From contig OZ253664.1 in the NCBI GenBank assembly GCA_965263195.1, positions 1,922,250-1,986,249 on the forward strand: a stretch of DNA of 64,000 bases, in the 5' to 3' direction. A program made the translations under genes and the position numbers. The stretch's first letter is position 1. The number at the start of each line of letters is the position of its first letter. Positions 29,200-38,052 of the stretch are shown here, one piece after another. This DNA comes from Vicinamibacterales bacterium. Its GTDB lineage: Bacteria; Acidobacteriota; Vicinamibacteria; Vicinamibacterales; UBA8438. A model generated the notes under the pieces. The model searched no databases, was not told the origin of the DNA, and saw nothing but the letters and a program-made list of their open reading frames with translations.

Positions 29200-29733
29200 A
29201 TGCCAGGCGCACGACTACCTCGACGCTGCACCGCGTGTGGGAAAACCCAGCACCTCATCCACACGACGACCGACTATCGTGAGTCGGGGCTGGACAACGT
29301 GCAACTGGTCAACGCGCCGGTCTGGGAATGCGGTAACGGACATCAGGAAGTCGAGATCCCTAACGCCGAACAGCTCCACGGACTCCTCGCGAACCTGCTG
29401 ATCAGGAAACCGACTGCGCTGACAGGGCCGGAGATCAGGTTTCTGCGAAAAGAGCTCGCGATGAGTGGGAAGGCGTTCGCGAAGCAACTCGGGATGACCG
29501 CGGAGCACCTGTCGCGACTTGAGACCGGTCGGCGAGACATTACCCCGACGATTGATCTACTGGTGCGGTTGGCGGTGGCTTGGGAGCTGACCAGACGGCA
29601 CCAGATCGAGTTCCCGTCCGATCTCCAACCGTTCGTGACTCGACTCGAAGCCGCCGCGGAAGCCGGCAACCACCGGGTGCAACACCGCGACGACGCGCCT
29701 CCGGACCGGCAGTGGGTCTCGGTATCCGGGTAG
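29200..29733 (+). CDS. MqsA/YgiT-type zinc-finger + XRE HTH antitoxin
   Basis: CTACG...YRESGLDNVQLVN.PVWECGNGH; LTGPEIRFLRKELAMSGKAFAKQLGMTAEHLSRLETG. Confidence 0.85.
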   Translation: MPGARLPRRCTACGKTQHLIHTTTDYRESGLDNVQLVNAPVWECGNGHQEVEIPNAEQLHGLLANLLIRKPTALTGPEIRFLRKELAMSGKAFAKQLGMTAEHLSRLETGRRDITPTIDLLVRLAVAWELTRRHQIEFPSDLQPFVTRLEAAAEAGNHRVQHRDDAPPDRQWVSVSG

Positions 29734-29765
29734 GTCAGACCGGCGCCGGGCGGCGTCTCGAACCC

Positions 29766-29864
29766 CGGAGGCATCCAGGCCACGGTCGTCCACCGGTGGC
29801 CAAGCCGAAAGTGTCAACCACCATCCGTCTATCGCAGGAGGTGATCGAGCAATTCAAGGCCGGC
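29766..29864 (+). pseudogene. BrnA antitoxin fragment
   Basis: GRPPVAKPKVSTTIRLSQEVIEQFKAG, broken before the usual GWQTRIN motif; no start codon and no brnT. Confidence 0.72.
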
Positions 29865-29932
29865 GTCAGCTCTGCCCTGCACGCCCCGTCACGTTGCTTG
29901 CCCAGAGTCGGAGGCGGTAGGCTGCAAGAGCG

Positions 29933-31006
29933 ATGGATCGGCGCCTCCTGACCCGCGTCAAACTGCGGAACTACAAGAGCATCGCCGCGTGCGATGTTGC
30001 GCCGGCGCAGCTCTCCTTCCTCGTCGGGCCGAACGGATCGGGCAAGAGCAACTTCCTCGACGCGCTCCGCTTCATCGCCGACTCGTTGCGGTTCTCGATC
30101 GATCACGCGCTGCGCGACCGGGGCGGGATCAACGAGGTGCGCCGGCGGTCCGGCGGCCATCCGACACACTTCGGGATTCGTGTCGAGTTCAATCTGGAGG
30201 ACTCGCAGGGCCACTATTCGTTCAGGGTGGGAGCCAAGGCGGGTGGCGGATACGAGGTGCAGCGGGAAGAATGCCATGTGTTTCAACGCGGACCGCTGTT
30301 TCAGCGCGGTAGCGACGAACAGCACTACTACTACAACGTGGAACGCGGGCGGGTCGTGAAGAGCAACCTCTCCCCGCCGCCGGTTGCCGCAGCAGATCGT
30401 CTGTACCTGGTCAACGTGTCGGGCGTCGACGCCTTCCGCCCGATCTATGACGCGCTGTCGGGCACTGGGTTCTACAACCTGAATCCGGAGGCGATTCGGG
30501 ACCTCCAACAGACCGACCCTGGTGAACTCCTCAAGCGGGACGGCAGCAACGCGGCCAGCGTTCTGTCCAATCTCGGCAGCCGCTCTTCCGATTTCAAGAA
30601 GAAGATCGAGACGTACCTCGGGAAGGTGGTCCCCGGAGTCGCCGGGAACAGCGAATCGCATCGGCGGCTCGTCGGCATCGAAGAACCGGAGGTCGCGCTT
30701 CATCCCGCGGCCGCAGGCGTCCTCATCGACAGTCTCCGGGACGCCGCCGAGCATGCACAGATCCTGGTGACGAGCCACAGCCCAGACCTCCTCGACAACG
30801 ACGAGGTCTCCGCCGACTCAATCTTTGCCGTCATCGCGGAGTACGGCGAGAGCCGTATCGGCCCACTGGACGAAGTCGGCCGTGGCGCGCTGCGGGATCA
30901 CCTCTATACCGCCGGCGAGCTCCTCAGAATGGGGCAACTTGCTCCAGACCCGCAGCTCGCGAACGTTACGCCGAAGCAGATCGAGTTGTTCGGTCCCAAC
31001 CGCTGA
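29933..31006 (+). pseudogene. AAA_21-type ABC ATPase with apparent in-frame internal deletion
   Basis: LRNYKSI, Walker A GPNGSGKSN, Walker B GIEEPE..LHP, H-loop VTSHSPDLLD. The ABC signature (SDGT-like) expected before Walker B is absent; junction near 30644 (VPGVAG|NSESHRR). Confidence 0.75.
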
Positions 31007-31009
31007 GCC

Positions 31010-31316
31010 GTGCCCACGATCGCGACGATTGTCGAAGGCCACGGCGAGGTTGATGCCGTACCAATCCTGGTTCCTGGCCGCAGCCGACTCGATTGCCGGA
31101 CAACATGGCATTGATGGGTCGACGACGCCACCGGACGATGCGGAGTCCATCGCCGGCGCAAGAGAGTGGTTGCGGGCACGCATGCCTCCTGGACAACGCT
31201 ACCGCGAAACGCTCCACCAGCCCGCTCTCACATCGCTCTTCGACCTCGACGCCGCACGCGCGGCGCCGTCGTTCGACAAGCTGTGGCGGGACGTGAGCGA
31301 GCTACTGGGCAATTAG
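31010..31316 (+). pseudogene. DUF4276 family remnant (deletion + frameshift)
   Basis: MPTIATIVEGHGEVDAVPILV in one frame joined at ~31059-31072 to YQSWFLAAA...AREWL...YRETLHQPALT...APSFDKLWR in another frame. Confidence 0.75.
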
Positions 31317-31344
31317 GTGTTATCATGCATCGTCATCATATGCC

Positions 31345-31563
31345 ATGCGGACCATCATAGATTTGCCGGAGGAGCAGGTTCAGCGGCTCGGCGAGCTCTG
31401 TCGCCGCGAGGGGGTATCGCGCGCGGAGGCTGTCCGGCGGGCGGTGACGGACTACCTGCACGCGCACAGCCTGCGGGAGCGGCAGGATGCGTTCGGCATC
31501 TGGCGCGAGCGGCGGCCGGACGGCCTGGAGTACGAACGCCGGCTGCGGCGCGAGTGGTCCTGA
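31345..31563 (+). CDS. CopG/RHH VapB-type antitoxin
   Basis: MRTIIDLPEEQVQRL..LCRREGVSRAEAVRRAV..YL...AFGIW....DGLEYERRLRREW. Confidence 0.9.
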   Translation: MRTIIDLPEEQVQRLGELCRREGVSRAEAVRRAVTDYLHAHSLRERQDAFGIWRERRPDGLEYERRLRREWS

Positions 31564-31564
31564 T

Positions 31565-31948
31565 ATGCGCGCCGTGATCGACACCAACATCCTGATTGAC
31601 TATCTCGCCGGCGTCGAGGCCGCCCGTGACGAGCTCGCCCGCCATGCCGACGCGTCGATCAGTGCCGTCACGTGGATGGAAGTGCTGGTCGGAGCAGCGG
31701 ATGAGTCGGAATCGGACCGTCTCAGGTGGTTCCTGTCCGGCTTCCAGCGCATACCGATCGATGACTCGGTGGCGGAGCTGGCGGTGGAAATCCGGCGCAA
31801 GCATCGGATGCGATTGCCTGACGCCATTATCTGGGCCAGCGCCCGCCACGTCGGCGGCCTGCTCATCACGAGAAACACGAAGGACTTTCCGCCCGACGAC
31901 CCCGGCGTGCGGGTGCCGTATACGGTCACCGGCGGCGACTTGTCTTGA
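31565..31948 (+). CDS. vapC: Type II TA toxin, VapC PIN domain
   Basis: AVIDTNILIDYL, SAVTWMEVLVG, RLPDAIIWASA, LITRNTKDFP; its stop overlaps the drmA TTG start. Confidence 0.93.
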   Translation: MRAVIDTNILIDYLAGVEAARDELARHADASISAVTWMEVLVGAADESESDRLRWFLSGFQRIPIDDSVAELAVEIRRKHRMRLPDAIIWASARHVGGLLITRNTKDFPPDDPGVRVPYTVTGGDLS

Positions 31949-34900
31949 CCGGAACCTCCTCCTCCTCAGTCTCACCGGACGCGCCCGCGGATGCCCTCGA
32001 AGTCCGGGCACGGATCGTCGATGCGTTGAAGCTCGACCTGGTCGGTCCCTGGGACGGCCACCCGCTTGCCGCCGAACAGTTGCCGACCCGCGAGCGCCCC
32101 TCGAACTGGTACGTGGCCGGGTTCCTCATCCCGACCGATGCGCCGCCCGAGAAGCGTTCGGACGCGGATGAGGATGACGAGCTCGAAATCGTTCCGGAAG
32201 CGGCCGGCCTTGCGGAGGAATCGAACGACGAGCGCAAGGCGGCCCGGAAAGCCTTCTTTCCCTCCTCGATGGGGTTGAGCTTCCTCGTGCCGGAAGCGTG
32301 TCGGACTCTGGCGGTAACGGTTCGCTGGGGCGACTACGCGCTGGCGGATATCGAGGAGACGGGCGGGAACAAGACGAGCGTCTGGCAGCGGACACCGCGC
32401 GAGGAGACGCTGTTCATACCGCTGAGGGGCGCGGCGGAGCCGGCGGCGCATCCCGTCGCCAACTCGGGCGGCCTCGAGCTCAACGTGGTCGAGCGGCCGA
32501 TTCTCGCTGCCGACCTGACCGGCTCGCTGCTGCCCGCCGGCACGCGTTCCGTGTCGTGCTTCCTCGTCAACCGCCGCACGCCCGACAGCCAGCAGCCGGA
32601 CCACGCGTACGCCTTTCAGGCCCAGATCGAGGTGGAAACGGACCACGGGTTCGTGCCGCGGCCCGACCTGCGCGGCGCGCACGCGGCGGAGTGGGATGAG
32701 CAGGTGGCCGATCTGCACTACGCCGACGCCCCGGAGTATGCGACCGGCCACGGCGTGTCCGCCGCGTGGACGCTGGTGGACGGGACGTGCCGGCAGCTGC
32801 GCACGGTCTGGATCGGGACCGCCGAGGTGGAGAAGACGCAAACGGCGGCGGTGCCGGGAGTCGAGCTTTCCATGGAGACGCTGGGACAGCTGTCCGAAGG
32901 CTCCGCCGCCGAGCAGGCGCTGGCTCCCCTCGTCCAGCAATACCGCGCATGGATTGCCGCCCGCCGGCAGGAGGTCGCCGGCGGTCCGCTGAACGGCGCG
33001 CGGCGAGAGACCGCGGAGCAACTGCTCAACTCCGCCAACGTCGCGGCCGACCGAATGGCGCGCGGCGTCGCCATGCTGGGCGTGGATGCGGACCTGCTCG
33101 ACGCATTCCGGGTTGCCAACCGGGCCGTGGCGCAGGCGTTGCGGCAGCGGCTCGGCAACCAGCTGGGCGGCGCCGGACCGCGCTGGCGACCCTTCCAGCT
33201 CGCGTTCATGCTGTTGAACCTCCCGGGGCTCGCCGATCCATTCGATCCGCACCGCGAGACGGTCGACCTGCTGTTCTTCCCGACCGGCGGCGGCAAGACC
33301 GAGGCGTATCTCGGCCTGGCCGCGGTGACGATGGTGCTGCGCCGCCTGCGCAACCCGGGCGACGACGGGCGCGCCGGCGCCGGAGTGAGCGTCATCATGC
33401 GCTACACGCTGCGCCTGTTGACGCTCGATCAGCTTGCGCGCGCGGCCGGACTCGTCTGCGCACTGGAGATCGAACGGGACAAGCCCGGCTCCCGATACGG
33501 CAACTGGCCGTTCGAGATCGGTCTGTGGGTGGGCAAGGCGGCCACTCCGAACGTCCTGGGGAAGAAAGGCGACGACCGCCCCGACTCGGCCCGCGCGAAG
33601 GTGCGCCGGTTCAAGCACAACCCGAGCGGCAACCCGTCGCCGATCCCGCTGGAGAACTGTCCGTGGTGCGGAGTGCGTTTCGAGGCCGAAGCGTTCACGC
33701 TGCTGCCCGACGACGACCAGCCGCGCGAACTGCGCCTTGTCTGCACGAACTTCGACTGCGATTTCAACGGCGACAGACCGCTGCCGGTCATCGGCGTGGA
33801 CGAACCGATCTACCGCCGGCTGCCCGCGTTTCTCATAGCGACGGTGGACAAGTTCGCGTCGCTACCGTGGACGGGAGAGTCCGGTGCGCTGCTCGGAGGC
33901 GCCGACCGCTTCGACGACCACGGGTACTACGGCGCCGCCGAACCGCGCAAGGGCCGCAGGCTCGCAGCGCCGCTACCGCCGCCCGACCTCGTCATCCAGG
34001 ACGAGCTGCATCTCATCGCCGGGCCGCTCGGCACCATGGCAGGGTTGTATGAGGCCGCTATCGAGACGCTCGCCGTGCGGAAGATCGACGGGCGTGCCGT
34101 CAAGCCGAAGATCGTCGCGTCCACCGCCACGGCCCGGCGGGCGCGGGACCAGGTGCAGGCGCTGTTCGCCCGGCCGATCACGCAATTGTTCCCGCCGCCG
34201 GGCCCCAGCCGGCGCGACACCTTCTTTGCGCAGACCGTGCCGGCATCGGAGACGCCCGCGCGGCTCTATGCCGGCATCGCGTCGCAGGGACGCAATCCGA
34301 AGGTGCTGATGCGCCGCGTACTGCTGGCGCTGATGGGCGCGACGGCGCGTGCCTGGCAGGACGGCGGCGGCAAGAAGAACCTCGAGAACCCGGCCGACCC
34401 ATACATGACGGTGCTCGCCTACTTCAACAGCCTGCGCGAGCTGGGCGGGGCGCGGCGGATCGTTGAGGAGGAGGTCCGGAACACTATCAAGGAATACGGA
34501 GCACGGAAGCGGGTCAACGAGCAGCGCGGGTTGTTCCGCGACCGTACCACCTTCTCGGAGGTGCTGGAGCTGACCTCGCGCGTGCCGACGCACAAGGTCG
34601 CCGAGGCGCGCCGCCGGCTGGAATGCCGGTTTCACGAGTCCGACCATGTCGACTGCGCGCTGGCGACGAACATGATTTCCGTCGGCCTGGACATTCCTCG
34701 GCTCGGGCTGATGCTGGTGCTCGGGCAGCCCAAGATGCACGCCGAGTACATCCAGGCCACGAGCCGTGTCGGGCGCAGCGACGACCGGCCGGGGCTGGTC
34801 GTCACGGTGCTGAACATCCACAAACCGCGCGACCGCTCGCACTATGAGCGCTTCGGCCACTACCACGAGACGTTCTACCGCGCGGTGGAGGTGGCCAGCG

Positions 34901-35352
34901 TCACGCCGTTCTCGGCCCGCGCACTGGACCGCGGTCTGGCCGGCGCACTGGTGGGACTGGCGCGCCACGCCGACCCGGCGCTGACGCCGCCGCGCGGCGT
35001 CGAACGCATTGCCGAGGTGCGCACGGCGCTCGAACCGCGCCTGCTGGACGCACTCATCCGCCGCGTCGAGCAGCAGGCCTTCGGCGACGAGGATGAGCGC
35101 GAGGAACGCATGGCCAGCGTGCGCAACCGGGTCGTGGATCTGCTCGATTCATGGCGCAAGGTGCTGGACGACTATCAGCAGGCCGGCGTGGATATGCAAT
35201 ACCAGCAGTATGAGCTCCGCCAGCCCAAGCCGCTGCTGCGCGAGATGCTCGACGAGGATTTCGAGTCCGAACACCACCGGAAATTCCGCGCAAACCGGTC
35301 GCTGCGCGACGTGGAGCCGGAGGTCAATCTGTTTCTCAAGGACCTTCGCTGA
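31945..35352 (+). CDS. drmA: DISARM helicase DrmA
   Basis: DALKLDLVGP, FFPSSMGLS, YATGHGVSA, WRPFQLAF, LFFPTGGGKTEAYLG, RYTLRLLTLDQ, CPWCG, IQDELHLI.GPLG, ASTAT, YFNSLRELGG, ATNMISVGLDI.RLG, EYIQATSRVGR, SLRDVE. Confidence 0.95.
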   Translation: MTGTSSSSVSPDAPADALEVRARIVDALKLDLVGPWDGHPLAAEQLPTRERPSNWYVAGFLIPTDAPPEKRSDADEDDELEIVPEAAGLAEESNDERKAARKAFFPSSMGLSFLVPEACRTLAVTVRWGDYALADIEETGGNKTSVWQRTPREETLFIPLRGAAEPAAHPVANSGGLELNVVERPILAADLTGSLLPAGTRSVSCFLVNRRTPDSQQPDHAYAFQAQIEVETDHGFVPRPDLRGAHAAEWDEQVADLHYADAPEYATGHGVSAAWTLVDGTCRQLRTVWIGTAEVEKTQTAAVPGVELSMETLGQLSEGSAAEQALAPLVQQYRAWIAARRQEVAGGPLNGARRETAEQLLNSANVAADRMARGVAMLGVDADLLDAFRVANRAVAQALRQRLGNQLGGAGPRWRPFQLAFMLLNLPGLADPFDPHRETVDLLFFPTGGGKTEAYLGLAAVTMVLRRLRNPGDDGRAGAGVSVIMRYTLRLLTLDQLARAAGLVCALEIERDKPGSRYGNWPFEIGLWVGKAATPNVLGKKGDDRPDSARAKVRRFKHNPSGNPSPIPLENCPWCGVRFEAEAFTLLPDDDQPRELRLVCTNFDCDFNGDRPLPVIGVDEPIYRRLPAFLIATVDKFASLPWTGESGALLGGADRFDDHGYYGAAEPRKGRRLAAPLPPPDLVIQDELHLIAGPLGTMAGLYEAAIETLAVRKIDGRAVKPKIVASTATARRARDQVQALFARPITQLFPPPGPSRRDTFFAQTVPASETPARLYAGIASQGRNPKVLMRRVLLALMGATARAWQDGGGKKNLENPADPYMTVLAYFNSLRELGGARRIVEEEVRNTIKEYGARKRVNEQRGLFRDRTTFSEVLELTSRVPTHKVAEARRRLECRFHESDHVDCALATNMISVGLDIPRLGLMLVLGQPKMHAEYIQATSRVGRSDDRPGLVVTVLNIHKPRDRSHYERFGHYHETFYRAVEVASVTPFSARALDRGLAGALVGLARHADPALTPPRGVERIAEVRTALEPRLLDALIRRVEQQAFGDEDEREERMASVRNRVVDLLDSWRKVLDDYQQAGVDMQYQQYELRQPKPLLREMLDEDFESEHHRKFRANRSLRDVEPEVNLFLKDLR

Positions 35353-35372
35353 CCGCCGTGCACGGAGGACGA

Positions 35373-37163
35373 GTGAGGCAACGAGCGCACGGACAACTGC
35401 GGCGGAGTCAGGTCGTCACGACCTACGGGCCGGGCGCGCTGATCGATCTGCCGCATGATTCGGCCATTGTCGCCGGTCTGGACACCTGGCCTCCGCCCGG
35501 CAAGCTGGAAGAGGTCGTCGAGCCCCGCCTCGCCAGGAAGCTCCAGGCGATCACGGGGGTCACCCAGCCCCGGTTGTACGCTCCCCCGGCCGCATCGACT
35601 GCCCCGAATGCTGCAACGACCGGTATTGAGGCGTCCCGCTTTCCAGAGTGGTTCGTGGTGCAGGAGACGAGCCGGCAACTTGCGCGCTCCCGGCGGCTGG
35701 TGCATCGGCGGGCGCTGGACAACAAGCACCGGTTCGAGGGCCGCGACGTGGTAGCCACCCGGTTCGTCCGGGCCTGTCCGCGGGGACACGTCGAGGACAT
35801 CGCCTGGAGCCGGTTCGTGCACGGCGCCTCCGGCGGCTGCCCCCCGACCCGGCCGCTCTGGCTCGACGAGCACGGGACCTCCGGTGATCTCACCGATCTC
35901 GTGGTCCGCTGCGAGTGCGGCAGGACGCGCCGGCTTTCCGACGCGAGCATGCTCGAGACCAAGCCGCTCGGCACCTGCAACGGCGCGCGGCCGTGGCTGG
36001 GACGCAACAGGAACGAGGACTGCGACCTCCCGAGCCGCCTGCTCATCCGCACCGCGTCCAACGCCTATTTCCCGCAGGTGGTCAGCGTGCTATCGCTCCC
36101 GGAGCGGGGAACGGAGGTCGCCAAGGTCGTTCGCGAGCTGTGGGACGACCTGCAGATCGTCAACGACGCCGGCGGTCTCGGGTTCATCAAGGGCAAGCCC
36201 AAGGTGGCCGCCGCGCTCGCAAAGTTTGCCGACGGCGAGGTCCTCGATGCCATCCACGAGGTGAAGAGCGGCGCTGCGGGTAGCGACAAGTCGGTCAAGG
36301 AGATCGAGCTGGAGGCGCTGCTCGCGGCGCCCGAGGGGTTCGGCGACGACGTGCCGGTGAATCCGGACTTCCATGCGCGCCGCCTTCCGCAAGGCGCCTG
36401 GCGCCGGACCGGCCGCGCCGACGGGATAGCCGAGGTCATCCAGCTTCATCGCCTGCGTGAGGTGTTGTCCCTGGCCGGCTTCACGCGATTCGAGGCGGTG
36501 ACGCCCGACATCCACGGGGAGTACGACTCGGACGTCGAGCGCGCCGCCATCGCGGAGGAACCGAGCTGGTTTCCGGCGGTGGAGAACCGCGGCGAAGGGT
36601 TGTTCCTGCGGCTGCAAAGCGAGGCCGTAGACAAGTGGCTGGGTCGTTCAGCGGTGAAGCACCGGCTTGACGCGCTTGCCAAAGGCCATGCGCGATGGGC
36701 GGAACACCGCAAGTCGGCGCGCGGGTTCCCCGGCGGGCCGTACGTGCTGCTGCATACGCTCTCGCACCTCCTGATCCAGTCTCTCGCCATGCAGTGCGGA
36801 TATCCGGCCAGCTCCCTGCGTGAGCGCGTCTACGCGGAGCAGGACCGCTACGGGCTGCTCATCTACACCGGCAGCCCTGACGCCGAGGGCACGCTCGGCG
36901 GACTCGTCCAGCAGGCGCGACACGTGGAGGATCACATCGTCCGAGCGCTGGAAACGGGCGGACTCTGCTCGAACGACCCCACCTGCGCGGAACACGCCCC
37001 CGGCGCGAGCATGGAAGGACGCTGGCTGCACGGCGCCGCCTGCCACGGTTGCGCGCTGATCGCGGAAACGTCGTGCGAGATGCGCAACGACTACCTCGAT
37101 CGGGCGCTCCTCGTGCCCGTGCTTGGTGGAGCCGGCGCCGCATTCTTCCGGTCCTCCCGATGA
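35373..37163 (+). CDS. drmB: DISARM DUF1998 protein DrmB
   Basis: GGAGG RBS then GTG; RRSQVVTTYGPGALIDLP, RFVRACPRGH, RLREV....GFTR, PAVENRGEG, LLHTLSHLLI...CGYPASSLRER, EGTLGGLV, CSNDP.C, GAACHGC..IAETSCE..N..LDR. Confidence 0.95.
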   Translation: MRQRAHGQLRRSQVVTTYGPGALIDLPHDSAIVAGLDTWPPPGKLEEVVEPRLARKLQAITGVTQPRLYAPPAASTAPNAATTGIEASRFPEWFVVQETSRQLARSRRLVHRRALDNKHRFEGRDVVATRFVRACPRGHVEDIAWSRFVHGASGGCPPTRPLWLDEHGTSGDLTDLVVRCECGRTRRLSDASMLETKPLGTCNGARPWLGRNRNEDCDLPSRLLIRTASNAYFPQVVSVLSLPERGTEVAKVVRELWDDLQIVNDAGGLGFIKGKPKVAAALAKFADGEVLDAIHEVKSGAAGSDKSVKEIELEALLAAPEGFGDDVPVNPDFHARRLPQGAWRRTGRADGIAEVIQLHRLREVLSLAGFTRFEAVTPDIHGEYDSDVERAAIAEEPSWFPAVENRGEGLFLRLQSEAVDKWLGRSAVKHRLDALAKGHARWAEHRKSARGFPGGPYVLLHTLSHLLIQSLAMQCGYPASSLRERVYAEQDRYGLLIYTGSPDAEGTLGGLVQQARHVEDHIVRALETGGLCSNDPTCAEHAPGASMEGRWLHGAACHGCALIAETSCEMRNDYLDRALLVPVLGGAGAAFFRSSR

Positions 37164-37939
37164 CCGACGCGCTGCTGGACCTGCCGTCCCACCTGCGCAA
37201 GCGGCTCGAAGGCGCGCTGAAATCGGGGCTGCTCGCGCCTCCCTACCGGGCGGCCGCCGTACGCGCGGAGGTCGGAAATGTGCCGCACGTCGAGGCGCTG
37301 GCGGAGGCGCTGAACGAGCTGGATGCCCGCGGAGTATCCGGTCCCGGCTGCGCGGCGTTGCTGCGCGCAGTCGATCGCGCTGCACGCCGGCACGCGGCAC
37401 CCGACTTCGTCTGGTCCGGGCCGGAAGTGGAGGGCCTGCACGCGCGCGACACCCGGCGCGTGTACGAAGAATTGCTCGGCTCGGCGGAGCGCTCCGCCTG
37501 GGTGACGACCTATGCGTTCTTCGATGGCCCGCGCGCATTCGAGGTACTGGCGCGGCGGATGGACGACACGCCCGCGCTGAAGGTCACGTTGCTGCTGAAC
37601 GTCCAGCGCGGCAAGGGTGACACCACCAGCGGCGAACACCTCGTCCGGCGGTTCGCAGACCGCTTCTGGACGCAGGATTGGCCGGGCAAAACGAGACCGC
37701 GCGTTTTCTACGATCCGCGCTCGCTCGATCCCAAGGGCGGCTCCGGGGTCCTGCACGCGAAGTCTGTTGTGGTCGATGACGAGGCGGTGTTCGTGACGTC
37801 GGCAAACCTGACGGCGGCGGCGCTGGACCACAACATCGAGGTTGGACTGCTCGTCCGCGACCGGGCGCTCGCGGCCAACCTCACGACGCACTTCACCGCG
37901 CTGATAGAACGCTCGCTGCTCCACCCGCTGCCGGCGTAG
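37160..37939 (+). CDS. drmC: DISARM phospholipase D-like nuclease DrmC
   Basis: ATGA overlap with drmB; VWSGP, single HKD motif LHAKSVVVDD..VFVTSANLT....HNIEVG. Confidence 0.93.
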   Translation: MTDALLDLPSHLRKRLEGALKSGLLAPPYRAAAVRAEVGNVPHVEALAEALNELDARGVSGPGCAALLRAVDRAARRHAAPDFVWSGPEVEGLHARDTRRVYEELLGSAERSAWVTTYAFFDGPRAFEVLARRMDDTPALKVTLLLNVQRGKGDTTSGEHLVRRFADRFWTQDWPGKTRPRVFYDPRSLDPKGGSGVLHAKSVVVDDEAVFVTSANLTAAALDHNIEVGLLVRDRALAANLTTHFTALIERSLLHPLPA

Positions 37940-38052
37940 GCACGCCTCGTTCTGCCGCGCAGCACCCCTCCGGATTTCGCGGCAACGCCCGGAACACGGT
38001 CACGCGGCCGGAGCGTTGCCGACCGCGGGACCGAGGCGGTAGGCTGCGCTGG

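Noticed and set aside
17799-37939. DISARM itself as a novel system
   Set aside because: Class I DISARM is already described; only its TA-interleaved architecture and cargo are flagged as potentially new.
15258-37990. Integrative element or prophage boundaries for the defence island
   Set aside because: No integrase, transposase, tRNA target or convincing terminal direct repeat seen by eye.
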